Source: Schizochytrium sp. TIO01
Lineage: Eukaryota; Protista; Bigyra: Labyrinthulomycetes
Assembly (NCBI GenBank): GCA_004764695.1
Contig: SMSO01000025.1
Span: 2,852,001 to 2,916,000 of the forward strand
DNA length: 64,000 nt
Direction: 5' to 3'
This document shows positions 34,458-46,087 of the stretch, piece after piece. The translations under genes were made by a program, and so were the position numbers. Below the pieces are notes generated by a model. That model made no database searches. It was not told the DNA's origin and worked only from the letters and a program-made list of their open reading frames with translations. The stretch's first letter is position 1; every line of letters starts with the position of its first letter.

Positions 34458-34822
34458 CATGAATGAATAAATGAATGAATGAATGAATGAATGAATAGAT
34501 ACATGAATGAATAGATACATGAGTGAATGAATGACACTGCAAATGAATGATTGAATGAATGAATGAATGACACACTGCAAATGAATGATTGAATGAATGA
34601 ATGAATGACACACTGCAAATGAATGATTGAATAGAATGAATGAATGACACACTGCAAATGAATGATTGAATAGATACATGAATGACACACTGCAAATGAA
34701 TGATTATCTACCTGAGTGAATGAATGAATGAATGAATGAATGAATGAATGAATGAATGAATGAATGAATGAATGAATGAATGAATGAATGAATAGATACA
34801 TGAGTGAATGAATGAATGACAC
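34458..34822. repeat. Compound minisatellite: about 38-bp unit GACACACTGCAAATGAATGATT(GAAT)n x5 within a (GAAT)n field
   Basis: Core copies start near 34533, 34569, 34607, 34646 and 34684, flanked by pure GAAT runs and GAATAGATACAT variants. Confidence 0.92.
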
Positions 34823-36188
34823 ACCATGAAGACATGGATACGCGACAAAGCAAATAAACGAACGGGCAAAAACTCGGAGGCAGGAATGCATCGCGGCCCT
34901 GGATAAGCAGGTGAGCGAGCGAGCAAGCAAGCGAGCAAAGTAGTGGCGATGGCAAAGCTTTGGCGATCGCGATGAGCTGGAAAGCAGTGGACGGTCGGTC
35001 GGTCGTCCACCGTCGTCGTCACTGCCGTCACTGCCGTCGTTGACGTCGTCGTCGTGGTCGTGGTGGGCGTCGTCATGATGGTGGCAGCGGCGGGTCGCGA
35101 AGATGTTCGTTCAACACGGCGTGAAGAGGCTTTCAGGAGACACGCGATAAGTATGCGGTATGTCTATGCCTGGGATCTTGATGTTTTCAAGCACCTCTGT
35201 ACGTACGTAGAAAACTCAGGCGCCCGAACTCACTCACGCACAGCGAACATCACATCCTTGGCTATGGCTCGTAAAGAAGCGCAGAGCTGAGTAGTAGCAG
35301 CAGGTCACCGTAGCAGCAGTCGGAGTCGGCCTCGCACAGGCCTCGCACAGGCCTGGCCGGAACGGGGTTGAGGCGGCTGCCTTCGACGTGGAGGTCTCAA
35401 GCTGGTGAGGTCTGTCTGGAGGCTCTCCTTCGGGCGAAGCGGAGGGTAAGACGTGTGCTAATCCACATGCCGCGAGCGGGTTCATGGCGCCGCGTAGCAG
35501 TTTCTAGCACGAGTTTAGTTGGGTCTGGGAAGACTCCGTTCTAGTTCTGTGGTGCCCTGAACTTGCGCCTGTCTAAGGCGGTGTAACGCGGAGGTCGCTG
35601 TTCTGGTGCTGCCAATGCGCGTGCGGTGAGCATGAAAGGCAGAAGTGAGACACCCGTGGCGAGGTCGGTAGCGATGCGATTTCCTCGGCGGAGGAGCTTT
35701 AGGGTTCTGCAACAGTGCCGCCGCTTTGACTAGCTAGGTGTCTTGAGGCGGTTTCTTATGTCATCACGCACATTCGTAACAGGAGGCGGGCGCTCTGTGA
35801 CAGCTCTCACGGTGCTTTTTGAGTGATAGGAAGCGCTAAGCTCGTGGGTCACATGGCAGCACATCGCAGCGACCTGCAAGAGCTTGGAGAAGTAGTTTCC
35901 AACATGAGAGAATGAATGTCTTCTGTGCAGTCCCGTCTGCAGAGATGCAAGTACGAAGAGACCGTCGGCGCATCGCAGCGGCTTACGCAAGCGCTTACTT
36001 AGGCAAGGCTGACTAAAGAAGACACGGGGTGCAGTGATTTCTATTCCCCCCCCCTGGTGTAATTTAGTTATTGATAGATAATTAGCAAGATGAGGAAACA
36101 GAAAAAAGATCACACATGCTTAAAGATAGTAGACAGTAACTAAACCTTATGAACAGAGTTTGTTGATGGAGGGAGGACGCTGAAGGGT

Positions 36189-37469
36189 CTATGGAGACAT
36201 GCACTCGTCAAAGCGCTCGCTGAATAACTTGTCGACGGCGGCATAGAGTTTGTTATCAAGCTCGCATACATCATCGAGCACAGCTTGCACCTCGGAAGAG
36301 AATTTGAGCTCACGACGCGTGTCAGTATATTGCTTGGAGTTAGTCACCTTGGCCAGTTCCGTCGCTCCTTCAAAGTATGTCGGGAGTAGCTTTTCCATCA
36401 GTTCAATGAAATCCGTTAGGCGCTCGGTAGTGCCAACAATGAAGATGTTGTCGTTCAAGTTTTTCAATGCGGTTTCAAGCATGGCGTCTGAGGGAGATTC
36501 GCATTCCTTGTCGTAGCCGCAGAGAAATTGGGTTTGAAGAGAGCACCAACGACGTAGCTCATTCTTTTCAGCACATACAGGGTCCAGCACGCACTCGTCA
36601 AACTCAAGCTCGCCAAATTGCTCACGATAGGCTTGACGCCATGTCTCGCTTCGGGCGTGAAGACGAGCGTAGTAGTACATTGAGCGAAGACGATCTTGCG
36701 GCTTGCGAACCACAGAAAATTCAATCGTATTTTCCATGACCTTCTTGGAGGGCTTCTCCAAGTGCAGGTATTCCAGAATAGGTTCAGGTACAAGCTTATA
36801 CCAGAAAGGGGGAGGCATGAGCAAAGCCATGGGCCAGTTTAGGTGAAACACATGGCCTTCGAAGAACGTTCGGTTGCGACCAGCGTACGGCGGGAATACA
36901 ACAGCTTCACCATTATCTTTCAAGAATTTGAAGCGATTCGCCGTAGCCCTTTGAATATTGGGGTCATTATAGCCTGCTGTCCCAGCGTTCGTCTTAGAGT
37001 CTACTGTCTGAACGGCAAGATCAAATTCACCAAGTTTTACAGTATTGAAGTTTTTCCTCCTGTTGAGACTGTGTAGAATATCGTACACAGTTGTGCTTCC
37101 CGTCTTGGGGATGCGCGTGTAGATGAGGCGTGTCGTATCGGTGGGCCCGCAACGACGGTTATCCTCTTCTGCGGTTACGAAGCATTTGCCTTCGCAATCC
37201 TGGACAAAATACCCAAAGTGGCCCAGGGTCATGGGATTCACAACCATGGTGAACGCCATGAGGAGTAGAGCACCAGCAAGTTTAAGGTAGTCCATTGTCT
37301 TGTCCCTTTTCTTACGGGCCACCCTGGGCTTAGGGGCGTTTGTTGGTGTTACATTGTCAGCTTTGACAGCTGCCTCGCCCTCAACTTTGGTCTCTTTGGT
37401 CTCGTTGGCCTTCTTGGCAGCTGGTCGCTGCGTCAGGGTGCTGCCATTGTTCTCCTTCGCAGACGACAT
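36189..37469 (-). CDS. Golgi type II carbohydrate sulfotransferase (heparan sulfate 2-O / uronyl 2-sulfotransferase-like, Sulfotransfer_2), 426 aa
   Basis: Single N-terminal TM (LAGALLLMAFTMVV); 5'-PSB loop YTRIPKTGSTT; FEGH; 3'-PB motif VRKPQDRLRSMYYY; QTQFLCG, VGTTERL...LP.YFEG, D.KLY. Confidence 0.9.
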   Translation of the reverse strand: MSSAKENNGSTLTQRPAAKKANETKETKVEGEAAVKADNVTPTNAPKPRVARKKRDKTMDYLKLAGALLLMAFTMVVNPMTLGHFGYFVQDCEGKCFVTAEEDNRRCGPTDTTRLIYTRIPKTGSTTVYDILHSLNRRKNFNTVKLGEFDLAVQTVDSKTNAGTAGYNDPNIQRATANRFKFLKDNGEAVVFPPYAGRNRTFFEGHVFHLNWPMALLMPPPFWYKLVPEPILEYLHLEKPSKKVMENTIEFSVVRKPQDRLRSMYYYARLHARSETWRQAYREQFGELEFDECVLDPVCAEKNELRRWCSLQTQFLCGYDKECESPSDAMLETALKNLNDNIFIVGTTERLTDFIELMEKLLPTYFEGATELAKVTNSKQYTDTRRELKFSSEVQAVLDDVCELDNKLYAAVDKLFSERFDECMSP

Positions 37470-39500
37470 TTTTTATGATCTTAGAACTCAAGCAAGGCAG
37501 GTATTGCCTGAGGTCGTGTCACGTCACTCGCGCTCGTCACCGCACGAGTTGTAGTTTTGCCGTCGAGCTTGCGGCGCTCTGTATTGAATCAAGACTTTGG
37601 TTATTGTTTTCATCGATCCAAGATTGCACAATCCTAGTGACTACATATATCGATAATCATACCAGTACAGCATTGCATCACTTAGAAAGCGACTATTTCC
37701 TTTCTTTGCATTATTTATACACAGGAAGTTCTTACTTCCTTCCTAGAAAGAACTACTAAGGGTGCGTATTCTGAGACTTCCTTAGTTACTTTCCTGAGCT
37801 TTTCCTATTTCTGATGTTGTGCACAACCTCTTCAAGAAGAACTGCGTGCGGAGTTTCGCCTTGATGATAATGCCTGACAGGCCAAAGGAGGCTGATGAAG
37901 CACGGAGTGTGCCTAGGTTCCGACCTGCAGTTTGCGAAAACAAGGTGGGCGATAGGGAGTGAGGCGGCTTTCTAATTTACAAAAGGGGGGAGGTGCCAAG
38001 TCCTACCAAGTGATTGACTAAATTGCTAAATTCCATGTGTGCAAACGATACGGGGCGCCTCCTGGATTGCGATGACTGCCAACTTGTCAAGACAAATTCG
38101 CGATAGGCATTAATTAGTAGGCCGCTACTAGCAGAACACTTCGAGCTGCACGAGATTTTTGTTTTTTGATGAACCGAATGCAGAGACTGGAGATGAGTCA
38201 GTAGCTTCAGATTGCGGCTGCTGAAAGTAGAAGTACTATGATACATGTGATGTTCAGGTTAATTTGTAATACGACTCGGAAAGTATTCTGAAGACTTTGA
38301 TATGAGCAATACGAGGGATCGATTGAATTCTGCAGAAAAAGTTGAGAAGTTGGACAGGAGAATGGGCGACTTGGCATGCTGTGGTGAAAATGGACATGAG
38401 GGGTTACTTGGGTTTTGCAAACGAACCCTGAGCATCAAAATAAGAAGATAGGATTATAACATCAGACTTAGCTCTTTGAAGATAAGGTTGTTTGTTGATT
38501 ACCAAAATCAGAAGTCTAAGATATTATTAATAAGTACCCTATGTTCTAGTAATTCTTCTGTCCATGGTGTAGTTGGTGAGAAAAAATATTAAAGAAAATA
38601 ATCGATTCTTGCGGAGACGCGTATTGATTCTTGACAAACGATTGATTCTGTGAATGTTGCATACATAACCTTAAAGCCTGGAATATGATAACGGAGCAAA
38701 CTATGAAGCTAAGTCCTTGAAAGCAAATTTAATTCAAATACTATGTCTCAGATGTACGAACTAGTATACGAGTTGAAGCCTAGTTTTTGCAAGTTTGAGA
38801 ATCACTTCAATATTACATTGGTTGATCGGTCGGTTGTCTTGCACCATTGATTGGTCAGTTTTCTAATTGTTTTGATTATAATGTTGTGTAAACTAAGTAT
38901 CGACTCTTGTGCTAGCAGAAAGTAACACGGCTGCTACCAGATATGTTTCTCTTCCCATCAGTTTATATGCATCCTCATGCGTACGGTGAGTATTTCTACC
39001 CAGCATCTCTCTATATTTAGTGCGTAATGATGGACGCCTTCCGTGGCTGCATGGTCATATAACTCGACTTCACGTGCTTGAGTGAGTTTGTCGTTCTTGC
39101 AAAGCAGCATATTTGTTTCATAAGCTCGTTTTCATGTGGATCTAAGATTTTTTTATTTTATAAAAAAAGGATGTATCAATTCTTAAACAGACTTATTGAC
39201 TCTACCATTCCACTTCACCTAAACTGTCTTTTTTTCAACACCGGAGCTGTTATCAAAATGGCGCGAGAACATATTTCCAAGATAACTGATGCATAGCATA
39301 ATATGAGGAAGAAAAAGAAAGACAGAAAACGAATTTTGGTGCTTTTACTCATGGAAAGTCCTTTCTCAGACTACAGAAAACTAATAGTAGGCATGAAGGT
39401 ATTTATATTCGTACAAGGGTGCATAGACTCAAAATATGTGATTTGAGCCATGTTGCGAGGGCAAGACCAAAACACGAGTAAGCAGAGCGAATAGCTTAGC

Positions 39501-40096
39501 TTAGGACTTGAACCAGTCAGGCGGGTTTGGAGGAACATCAACCAAATCTGTGTCAAAAAGCTCAATGAACTGCTCATTTGCTGGCCTTACCTTGCTTCCA
39601 GCATAACTAAAATGTCAAGTAAAAGAAAATAAGCGTAATCCGAACTGGTTAGTTTGGCTATGGTGATACACTGCACAACGAAGAACTCAACTTACCGTCT
39701 ATACTCGTCCCAGATTGAAGTAAGAGACCATCTCAGAGACTTGCGCAGGGCTCCAATAACAACACCTGTGCGGTGCGAACCCTGGTGATCACATACAAGC
39801 ATAGGGTGGTTGGAGCGGTCCAGGATAATACGTAGGGCTTCCAAAACAGTATCTTCGCCAATTGGTGCGTACAAAGCACGCACGGACTCGCTTGATCCTA
39901 AGTGCACGAGGTTCACATTGTGATCCTCCAGAAATCGAGTGAACGATACATCCAAGAGGTCGTCGCCACCTAGATAAACTACTGTCTTAAGTCTCAGTTG
40001 CTCAAGAAATCTGAGATTAAGCTCATTCGGCAAACCTGATCGATGGAGGTCCACTTCTACCATACCATAATTTAAGGGAGGAATGAGGCCAGCCAT
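39501..40096 (-). CDS. PFA-DSP / Siw14-OCA family phosphatase-like protein, two exons join(39696..40096, 39501..39606), 168 aa
   Basis: LIPPLNYGMVE..LHRSG.P...N..FL..L.LKTVVYL; HRTGVVIGALRK...WSLTSIWDEYRR. The ORF stops at a GTAAG donor; splicing to the TTAG acceptor restores YAGSKVRPANEQFIELFDTDLV, the conserved family C-terminus. Confidence 0.9.
39607..39695 (-). other. Spliceosomal intron (89 nt, GT-AG) in the OCA-family gene
   Basis: CG|GTAAG donor and TTTTAG| acceptor; phase-2 splicing restores frame and conserved residues. Confidence 0.9.
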
Positions 40097-40111
40097 GTTG
40101 AGTGTCTCCAC

Positions 40112-40522
40112 CTGAAAATATGAGTTCTCTAGCCTCTAGACCTGTTGCCTTTAGGAGGTTATTGTTCGTGTCGTGCTTCGCCAGGTTTTCCAAGGCTTCG
40201 AGATGAGCAGTTTTCCGGCACTTCTAGAGCGCCACTCTTTCAACCCTAGCGAGGCCAACGAGCACAGTAGTTCAATGCTCCTACGGGCGTTACTCCTGTC
40301 GCCGCGGTCACTGCCGCGGTCGAAGGCTATCTGCTCAGATGGTGCTTGGGAAGTCCACAAGGCATCTATCGATCTATGATCATTCACTGATTTACTACTG
40401 TGACCCTTTTCGCACTCGAATATTGATGCAGAATAGTGTATAGGTAAGGAGGTAGTAACTGCTAGCAAGTGCGTACAACTGTTATCGAAAAGAAAAGAAA
40501 AGAAAAGAAAAGAAAAACTCAC
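40112..40522 (-). other. Probable 5'-UTR intron of the OCA-family gene
   Basis: GTGAGT donor followed by a (TTTTC)n tract; TTTTCAG acceptor 15 nt upstream of the ATG at 40096. Confidence 0.5.
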
Positions 40523-42309
40523 GAGAATATTTACTCTTCAGCAGCAGCGAAAGGGTTCATTACCTGTCCCGAAGAGTTTATGTCTAAGCTTTCAGCTCAT
40601 GTAACTTGTAAAACGTTGTTTTATAAAATAAAGACTGCATAAACACAAGTTTGCGATGATGCATGCATGCACTACAAGTGCTTTCAAGCCCGAGCGTTTA
40701 TTTCGCATGAATGCAAAATCGTATTGCATTCAATCCTCAAGCAACTGCTCAGACCCACCCTTATTCTTGGCCGACCCGAGCGCCACATGTGTCAAAGCAA
40801 TCCGACTTGGCCATCAAGGTTTAGATTTCATTGAGTCCTCAGCATCGTCGTCCAGTTTCACGAAACGTCTCGTGAATTTTCGACGTTCGTTTGACATGTC
40901 TCCTGGAAAAGTACCGAGTTCCTGACACATCGTTTGAGCAAGCTCCAGCCCTGCCATTATGACGAGAGCGCGCAAACTTCGCGAGACCGCCTCCGCGAAG
41001 GTTTTGGCGCCTTCTCCGTTCACGGGGGCTTGCTTGCTTTGGCCAGGCAGTCCGTGGAGAACATTGTGCCTCGAATTGCTCACGGGCCGTGACAAGTTGT
41101 CACGCGGAGCGCCATTGCTAGCTAGCTAACCAGCCCCTCCCCAGTCCACGTCAAAGCTGTTTGCTGAAGGCTCGCGATTTGCCAAGCTCCTTGATCCTTG
41201 ATCCTTATCAGGCTGGCATCGATCGGGCTCTGCTTCGAAAGCAAGCTCTCGCCATGGCCACCATCACTTCGGTTCGTCTCGACAGCCGCCATCATGGGTC
41301 TTTCGCGTGCATTCCACAGGCCAACTCCAAGGTACCGGTTCTGCTTTGGGATCGCTGTGCTGTTGCCGTCTTTGGATATATTCTCGTTGCGGTTTTACAG
41401 CTCTCGGTCGCAGCGGTACTCGCGCTGCGAAGTCGTCTCTCTCAGCCCGTGGCAAGACCAAAATGATGAAAATCCCAATTCCCATTCGCAGCGAAAGCGA
41501 CCACGACTGCTCACCATCGATCACATCGAATTGATTGCAGACTGCTTTCACGAAAGGTATCGATCGAATGGACTACAGAAGCCCTCAATTAGCAGAGGTT
41601 CTTGATGACGACGATGATATGAACGATCATCTATGGCCTCAAAGATTCTTCCGCATTGTGTTTAACGAAGCTGCATTTGCAGACCTGAAGAAGGACTGCC
41701 TATACGTGGGTCCGTATGCATACAGGTGCGTAAAGGAGAGGCTTCTTTGCGGCCCTTTCGTTTTTCACTGATGGATTGTACTGTGATTGATGATGGTTCT
41801 TTTTTGTTTTCTTTAGGAAAAGGGAAAGAAGCAAAAGGCTCGCGTTAATTAAAAAAAAGAAGTATTTTTTTTTTTTTCGTGGATAAAAGAGAAGCGCCAC
41901 TCCTTGCATTGGGATCATCCAAAACAAGTTTGGTCCCCGTTTGCGCGGTTATGCTCCGGTGCCATCACTTGCATCATCAGCAACAGCAGTGCGTGTTATT
42001 TGTGGGCTCGCGTCGCGTCCAACGCCGCACCGACTTACGTTGGATCGACCCATCCTTTGATTTCTTAATCGTATCACGGTATCGAATATATTTTACATTT
42101 GTGATGGTTGGAAGACTCTCTCTAGCTAGTAGAGAGAATTAAAAATCAAATCATTTGCCGATTGGTAAGTTTATTTGGCTGCTCTTCATTTCTTACTGAG
42201 GAGTCTGAGGCCTTCTCATTTTGACGCGCTCGTTCCGCTGCACATCACAGAAGAGAGCCTTGATTGGGGTCTTGGAGGGTTTGATACCCAAGCTGTCTTG
42301 ATGATCAAG

Positions 42310-42379
42310 GTAAATGATAATATTTACTGTGAGAGTATTTCATTATTATTAATAAAAATATTTTTAATGTTTTGTTTAG
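42310..42379 (+). other. Probable 70-nt intron in the 5' leader of the GT31 gene
   Basis: AAG|GTAAAT donor, very AT-rich interior, TTTTGTTTAG| acceptor; ends 125 nt before the ATG at 42505. Confidence 0.6.
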
Positions 42380-42504
42380 GTAACTCGAAGCGATCAAACG
42401 TCGAAGACCAAATCGACCAACAAACTGAGAAACCTAGGAGATCTTCTCCTGGTTTTAGAGACAGACCTTGATAGGCAGCCTTGTGAGCGCGTTGCTAGGC
42501 AAAG

Positions 42505-43551
42505 ATGGGGTCTCGCGACGTGGCACGTAGTGCCATGCGCGGGTGGACCTTGCGTGAGAAGGTGTATCTCGCCTTTGCCTTATTGTTCGCGGCGTGGACC
42601 TACTCGGTATGGTGGTGGCAGACGACCACGGGCGAGATAGCGGTGATTCCTGATGCTCTCAGGTTTCGAAAACCAGGTGTCGTGGTGATTCTAATTATGC
42701 AAACTACCTTTACGCTTGAACGCTCAGAAGAACGTCGAAACGGCATACTGATGAGCTGGGGCTCGTATCGTGGTTCAGGTAGAATGCGCTTTATGCCACG
42801 GTTTCTGAGCCAGACCGCGGACCCTGAAGACGAATTTTCATATTTGTGTCTATCTAAAACCAAAACAGAATGTCTGCTCGACGGATATCAAGCAGCTTTG
42901 GCAGAGTTTCAAGAAGAGCTAGATTTTGTGCTGAAGGTTGATGATGTTACTTTCATCTTCCCTGATAATTTAGAAGCGCTCTTATATCCAATCAGCCCCT
43001 CCGAGCCCCATGCACTTGGCAATCGCATGTGCATTGAGTCTAGGAGGAGAAGCTGTTTCTTGTCTGGAGGCGCTGGATTTGTCCTTTCTCGTGCAGCGGT
43101 TGAAATTCTCCTTGATACATGGGGTGACCACTGCAAGGACCGTTACTCCGCAGAAGGCGATCTGCGAAGTGAGGATGTGTCCATCTCCCGCTGTCTTACT
43201 ACGGCAGGCCACGTATCTCTCGAGTCACCTCGCGATGGAGAAAGTGAATTGTTCAATGTCTTTGAGCCTGTCACAACAATTCAAGGCCGTTTTCACGCGT
43301 GGTTTTCCATTTATAAGCGCAATGCAGCAATCACTTCATACGGCTGCTGCTCTCCAAAATCTGTGACTTACCACTATGTTGAAATGCCTTTGGCAGAAAT
43401 GCTTTGGCAATGCCACCTTAATATGGCGTTTTGTCCACGCTCCATTAATGACTGGCCAAACCATCTGGGTGGTTACGCCCACCGCCCTAAGACTCAAGAA
43501 GAACTTGAGAAGGTTATCAAGGCAATTCAGCCGCAGATGGTCTTTGATTGA
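42505..43551 (+). CDS. GT31 glycosyltransferase, core-1 beta-1,3-galactosyltransferase (C1GALT1/Fringe)-like, 348 aa
   Basis: Type II TM; FVLKVDDVTFIFPDNL (cf. KADDDTY..NL), FLSGGAGFVLSRAA, EDVSISRCL, CCS..SVTYHYV. Confidence 0.88.
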   Translation: MGSRDVARSAMRGWTLREKVYLAFALLFAAWTYSVWWWQTTTGEIAVIPDALRFRKPGVVVILIMQTTFTLERSEERRNGILMSWGSYRGSGRMRFMPRFLSQTADPEDEFSYLCLSKTKTECLLDGYQAALAEFQEELDFVLKVDDVTFIFPDNLEALLYPISPSEPHALGNRMCIESRRRSCFLSGGAGFVLSRAAVEILLDTWGDHCKDRYSAEGDLRSEDVSISRCLTTAGHVSLESPRDGESELFNVFEPVTTIQGRFHAWFSIYKRNAAITSYGCCSPKSVTYHYVEMPLAEMLWQCHLNMAFCPRSINDWPNHLGGYAHRPKTQEELEKVIKAIQPQMVFD

Positions 43552-44166
43552 AGTCAGTAACATGTCCCTGTATTACCATAAACCGATATCCTATAGTCCT
43601 CTTCTTTCTCGTCGTGTGCTTATTTTTTAAGTTTTTGCGTTTATAGGCAGCACAAATTTTTTCCGGTCCACTTATCTTTGTAACTTTGGTCACTTCAATT
43701 CTGAAGGGGCTTTAGTTCTGATTTGTGATTTGCTAAGCACGATTATCTTCTAGAAAATCAATACCCTTGGCACGAGATTATCATGAAAGCAAAAGGAAGG
43801 AGTCATAAAATTTCACAATTTTTAGGGGTTCTATTCTTTGCTACATCTTTCCTGTATTCCATACGACTATCTTTTCTTGTGTATAGAAAAATTGAAATCA
43901 AAAAACCTTGGCATCGCATATGGCTAGATAGATCTTTTCTGGGAAAAGCAAATAATCAGTACGAAGATGTATATATCTTCATTAACAACAAAGTAAATCT
44001 TGCTGTTGCTCGGCCTCGAAGGGCTCGTAACAGGTGTTCAGGAGGTTACAGACGTATATAAATCGGGCTATGTATGCTCTGCAAGAATTGAAGAAAGGAG
44101 AATGAACATGTTGTTCAAGAGTGAAAGGATGTACGAACATACAAATTATAAAGGGTATTTCTAAAC

Positions 44167-44511
44167 TTAGTAAATGTGAACTAGTGCATACATGAGCGTC
44201 CAATAAAGCACAAATGCGAGAGCTTCGTTACCAATTTCGGACACAAGGAAAGACGCAGTGGAAGTTTGGGGAATGTAGAGCTTTGTCTGGCCGCCAAAGT
44301 TAAACGCCACAATAGCCAGAGACGTGAGCAGGTGCTGAAGCACGAAGAACGCAAATCCCTTGAGTCCTGTGAAGCCAAAGATTCCCGCAGAGAAGCCACC
44401 CACGATAGTAGAGATTGTACGAATGTAAGCCACTGCCTTTTTGTTGCTCATTACGCTCTTGGTGTCGTAGAGCTCAGGCTCGTCGCTTGGGGGCTGACCT
44501 GGCGCCTGCAT
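44167..44511 (-). CDS. EMC6: ER membrane protein complex subunit 6, 114 aa
   Basis: N.KAVAYIRT..TIVGG.SAGIFGFTGLKGF.FF ... FVLYWTLMYALVHIY is the typical EMC6/Rab5ip pattern. Confidence 0.93.
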   Translation of the reverse strand: MQAPGQPPSDEPELYDTKSVMSNKKAVAYIRTISTIVGGFSAGIFGFTGLKGFAFFVLQHLLTSLAIVAFNFGGQTKLYIPQTSTASFLVSEIGNEALAFVLYWTLMYALVHIY

Positions 44512-46087
44512 TTCGTCAAGACTTTGATCAAACTGTACGACAAAAGCTCACAAGGAAGAGAGGCAGAGTCCGCCTGTACAGCTACTAGAGACTGAGGAAC
44601 ACTTGTCACAAGCACGCCTCAAAAGTCACGCCAAACCAAACTGCGCAAGCCCTGAGAAGGTTTTCTTCGCGCTTTGCTCTTCTTCACTTTCTCCTCTTCC
44701 GCTTGGCTATTTGATATATCAATCAACACCTCACCAAGGCGCTATAGTACCTGCTAGGTACTTACTACCATAATTAACTTCCTAATAAAAACAAAAATAA
44801 ATAGGATCAACTTGAACTTTAAGATGTTCTTCAATAATTGCCAATGGAGACCTTGGCGCAAACTCAGATCATGGCGTTCGTTGATATCGACACAATAATT
44901 TTAAACACGGAGACAGGCAGGTAGTAAGGAAGAAGTAGTTAATCCTTTAATAAGATAAGATTATCGAGTGACTTGTCAAACGGTGACTTTTGCGAGATCA
45001 AACAAAATCGAAACTGTTTCATTAGAATTGCACATAGCTATCTAAGGGTTGCGCTGTTTCTTAAAAATGTCTTAGATATACGTGCGGTGAGACCCAAAAA
45101 TTGTTACTTGAAGATTGGATATCTCAAATCTACACAATCAAATTCAAAGAAAAACTTGCTTTATAAGACCCACCTTTGACATAAAATATCTGAGAAAACG
45201 TCAAACTTCGTTTCTCTGCAGTAAGGAAGTGCAGATTACAGCCTTGAGCTCATTTCAGTTTATCTCTATGAAGTCAATTTCTATCCTGTTTCATCATTTC
45301 TTTTTTGCTATTTAGCAGATGAAATAAATCAGTTGGTTTGGAGTTTCCTGGTGACACCATAAGGTGTCCTACGTCTGTATTATTGTGTGTAAATAGAACA
45401 AAGGATTAGAACATCAAGAACAATGACTGACAAAGATGAAGAACCCGGAAGTTGATGTCTTTTGAAAGACGAGGGAGATGGTAATGCACGAACCTTTGAG
45501 ACTTTATAAAGCCACAAGTTCAACAAATGGAGCTCCAACTCAAGGAAGTGGAGTTATGGCTCCTAGTGAGAAACTAAATCAATTAAATAACGTCCAAATC
45601 AAGAGAATTAAAGTAGAAGCCTCAAGGCAAATGAGACAATGCAAAGAGAAAATATATCGTAACATTTTTTCCAAGAACAGTGATACTCGATAAAATCACA
45701 GCCTTTTCTAAAGTGACTTGTGAGATTGCCTAACTTGAAGATACGTCTTTGATTTCAGAAAATTTTCACTTTGCCTATCCCTCGACGAGCGAGAATGCAG
45801 GCCATCTATGTTCGGTTTTGATAAGTGATGTTTGTCTACCTCTTGTAGTTTCTTCTTAGCGTTAACACTAGTATTAGTTACACCAAATCACAGATTCCAG
45901 ATTGGACAAGTGAACAACAAACAGATCACAACAATTGATCGACCTCTGTCGATTACAAAAAGTCAACTCGTAACAAGGGAGGTTTAATCGTGCCACGTTC
46001 CTTCTCCTCATCTGTTTGGGTATTCTATCTGTCGAAGGTTTGCAACAGGCTCGCGGGCATACCTAGCTTGCTGGAGACGTAGGTGGA

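Noticed and set aside
34458-34822. CRISPR-like repeat-spacer appearance
   Set aside because: The spacers are GAAT derivatives rather than unique sequences, there are no cas genes, and the context is eukaryotic.
33004-35712. Many overlapping 60-200 aa ORFs upstream of GPAT
   Set aside because: They arise from high GC and microsatellites (HSFI- and VCLF-type repeats) and show no protein-like motifs.
37760-37890. TPP-riboswitch-like words (GGGTGC...CTGAGA ... TGAT...TAATGCCTG)
   Set aside because: The P4/P5 pairing partner and spacing are missing, and no thiamine gene is nearby. An Infernal RF00059 search would settle it.
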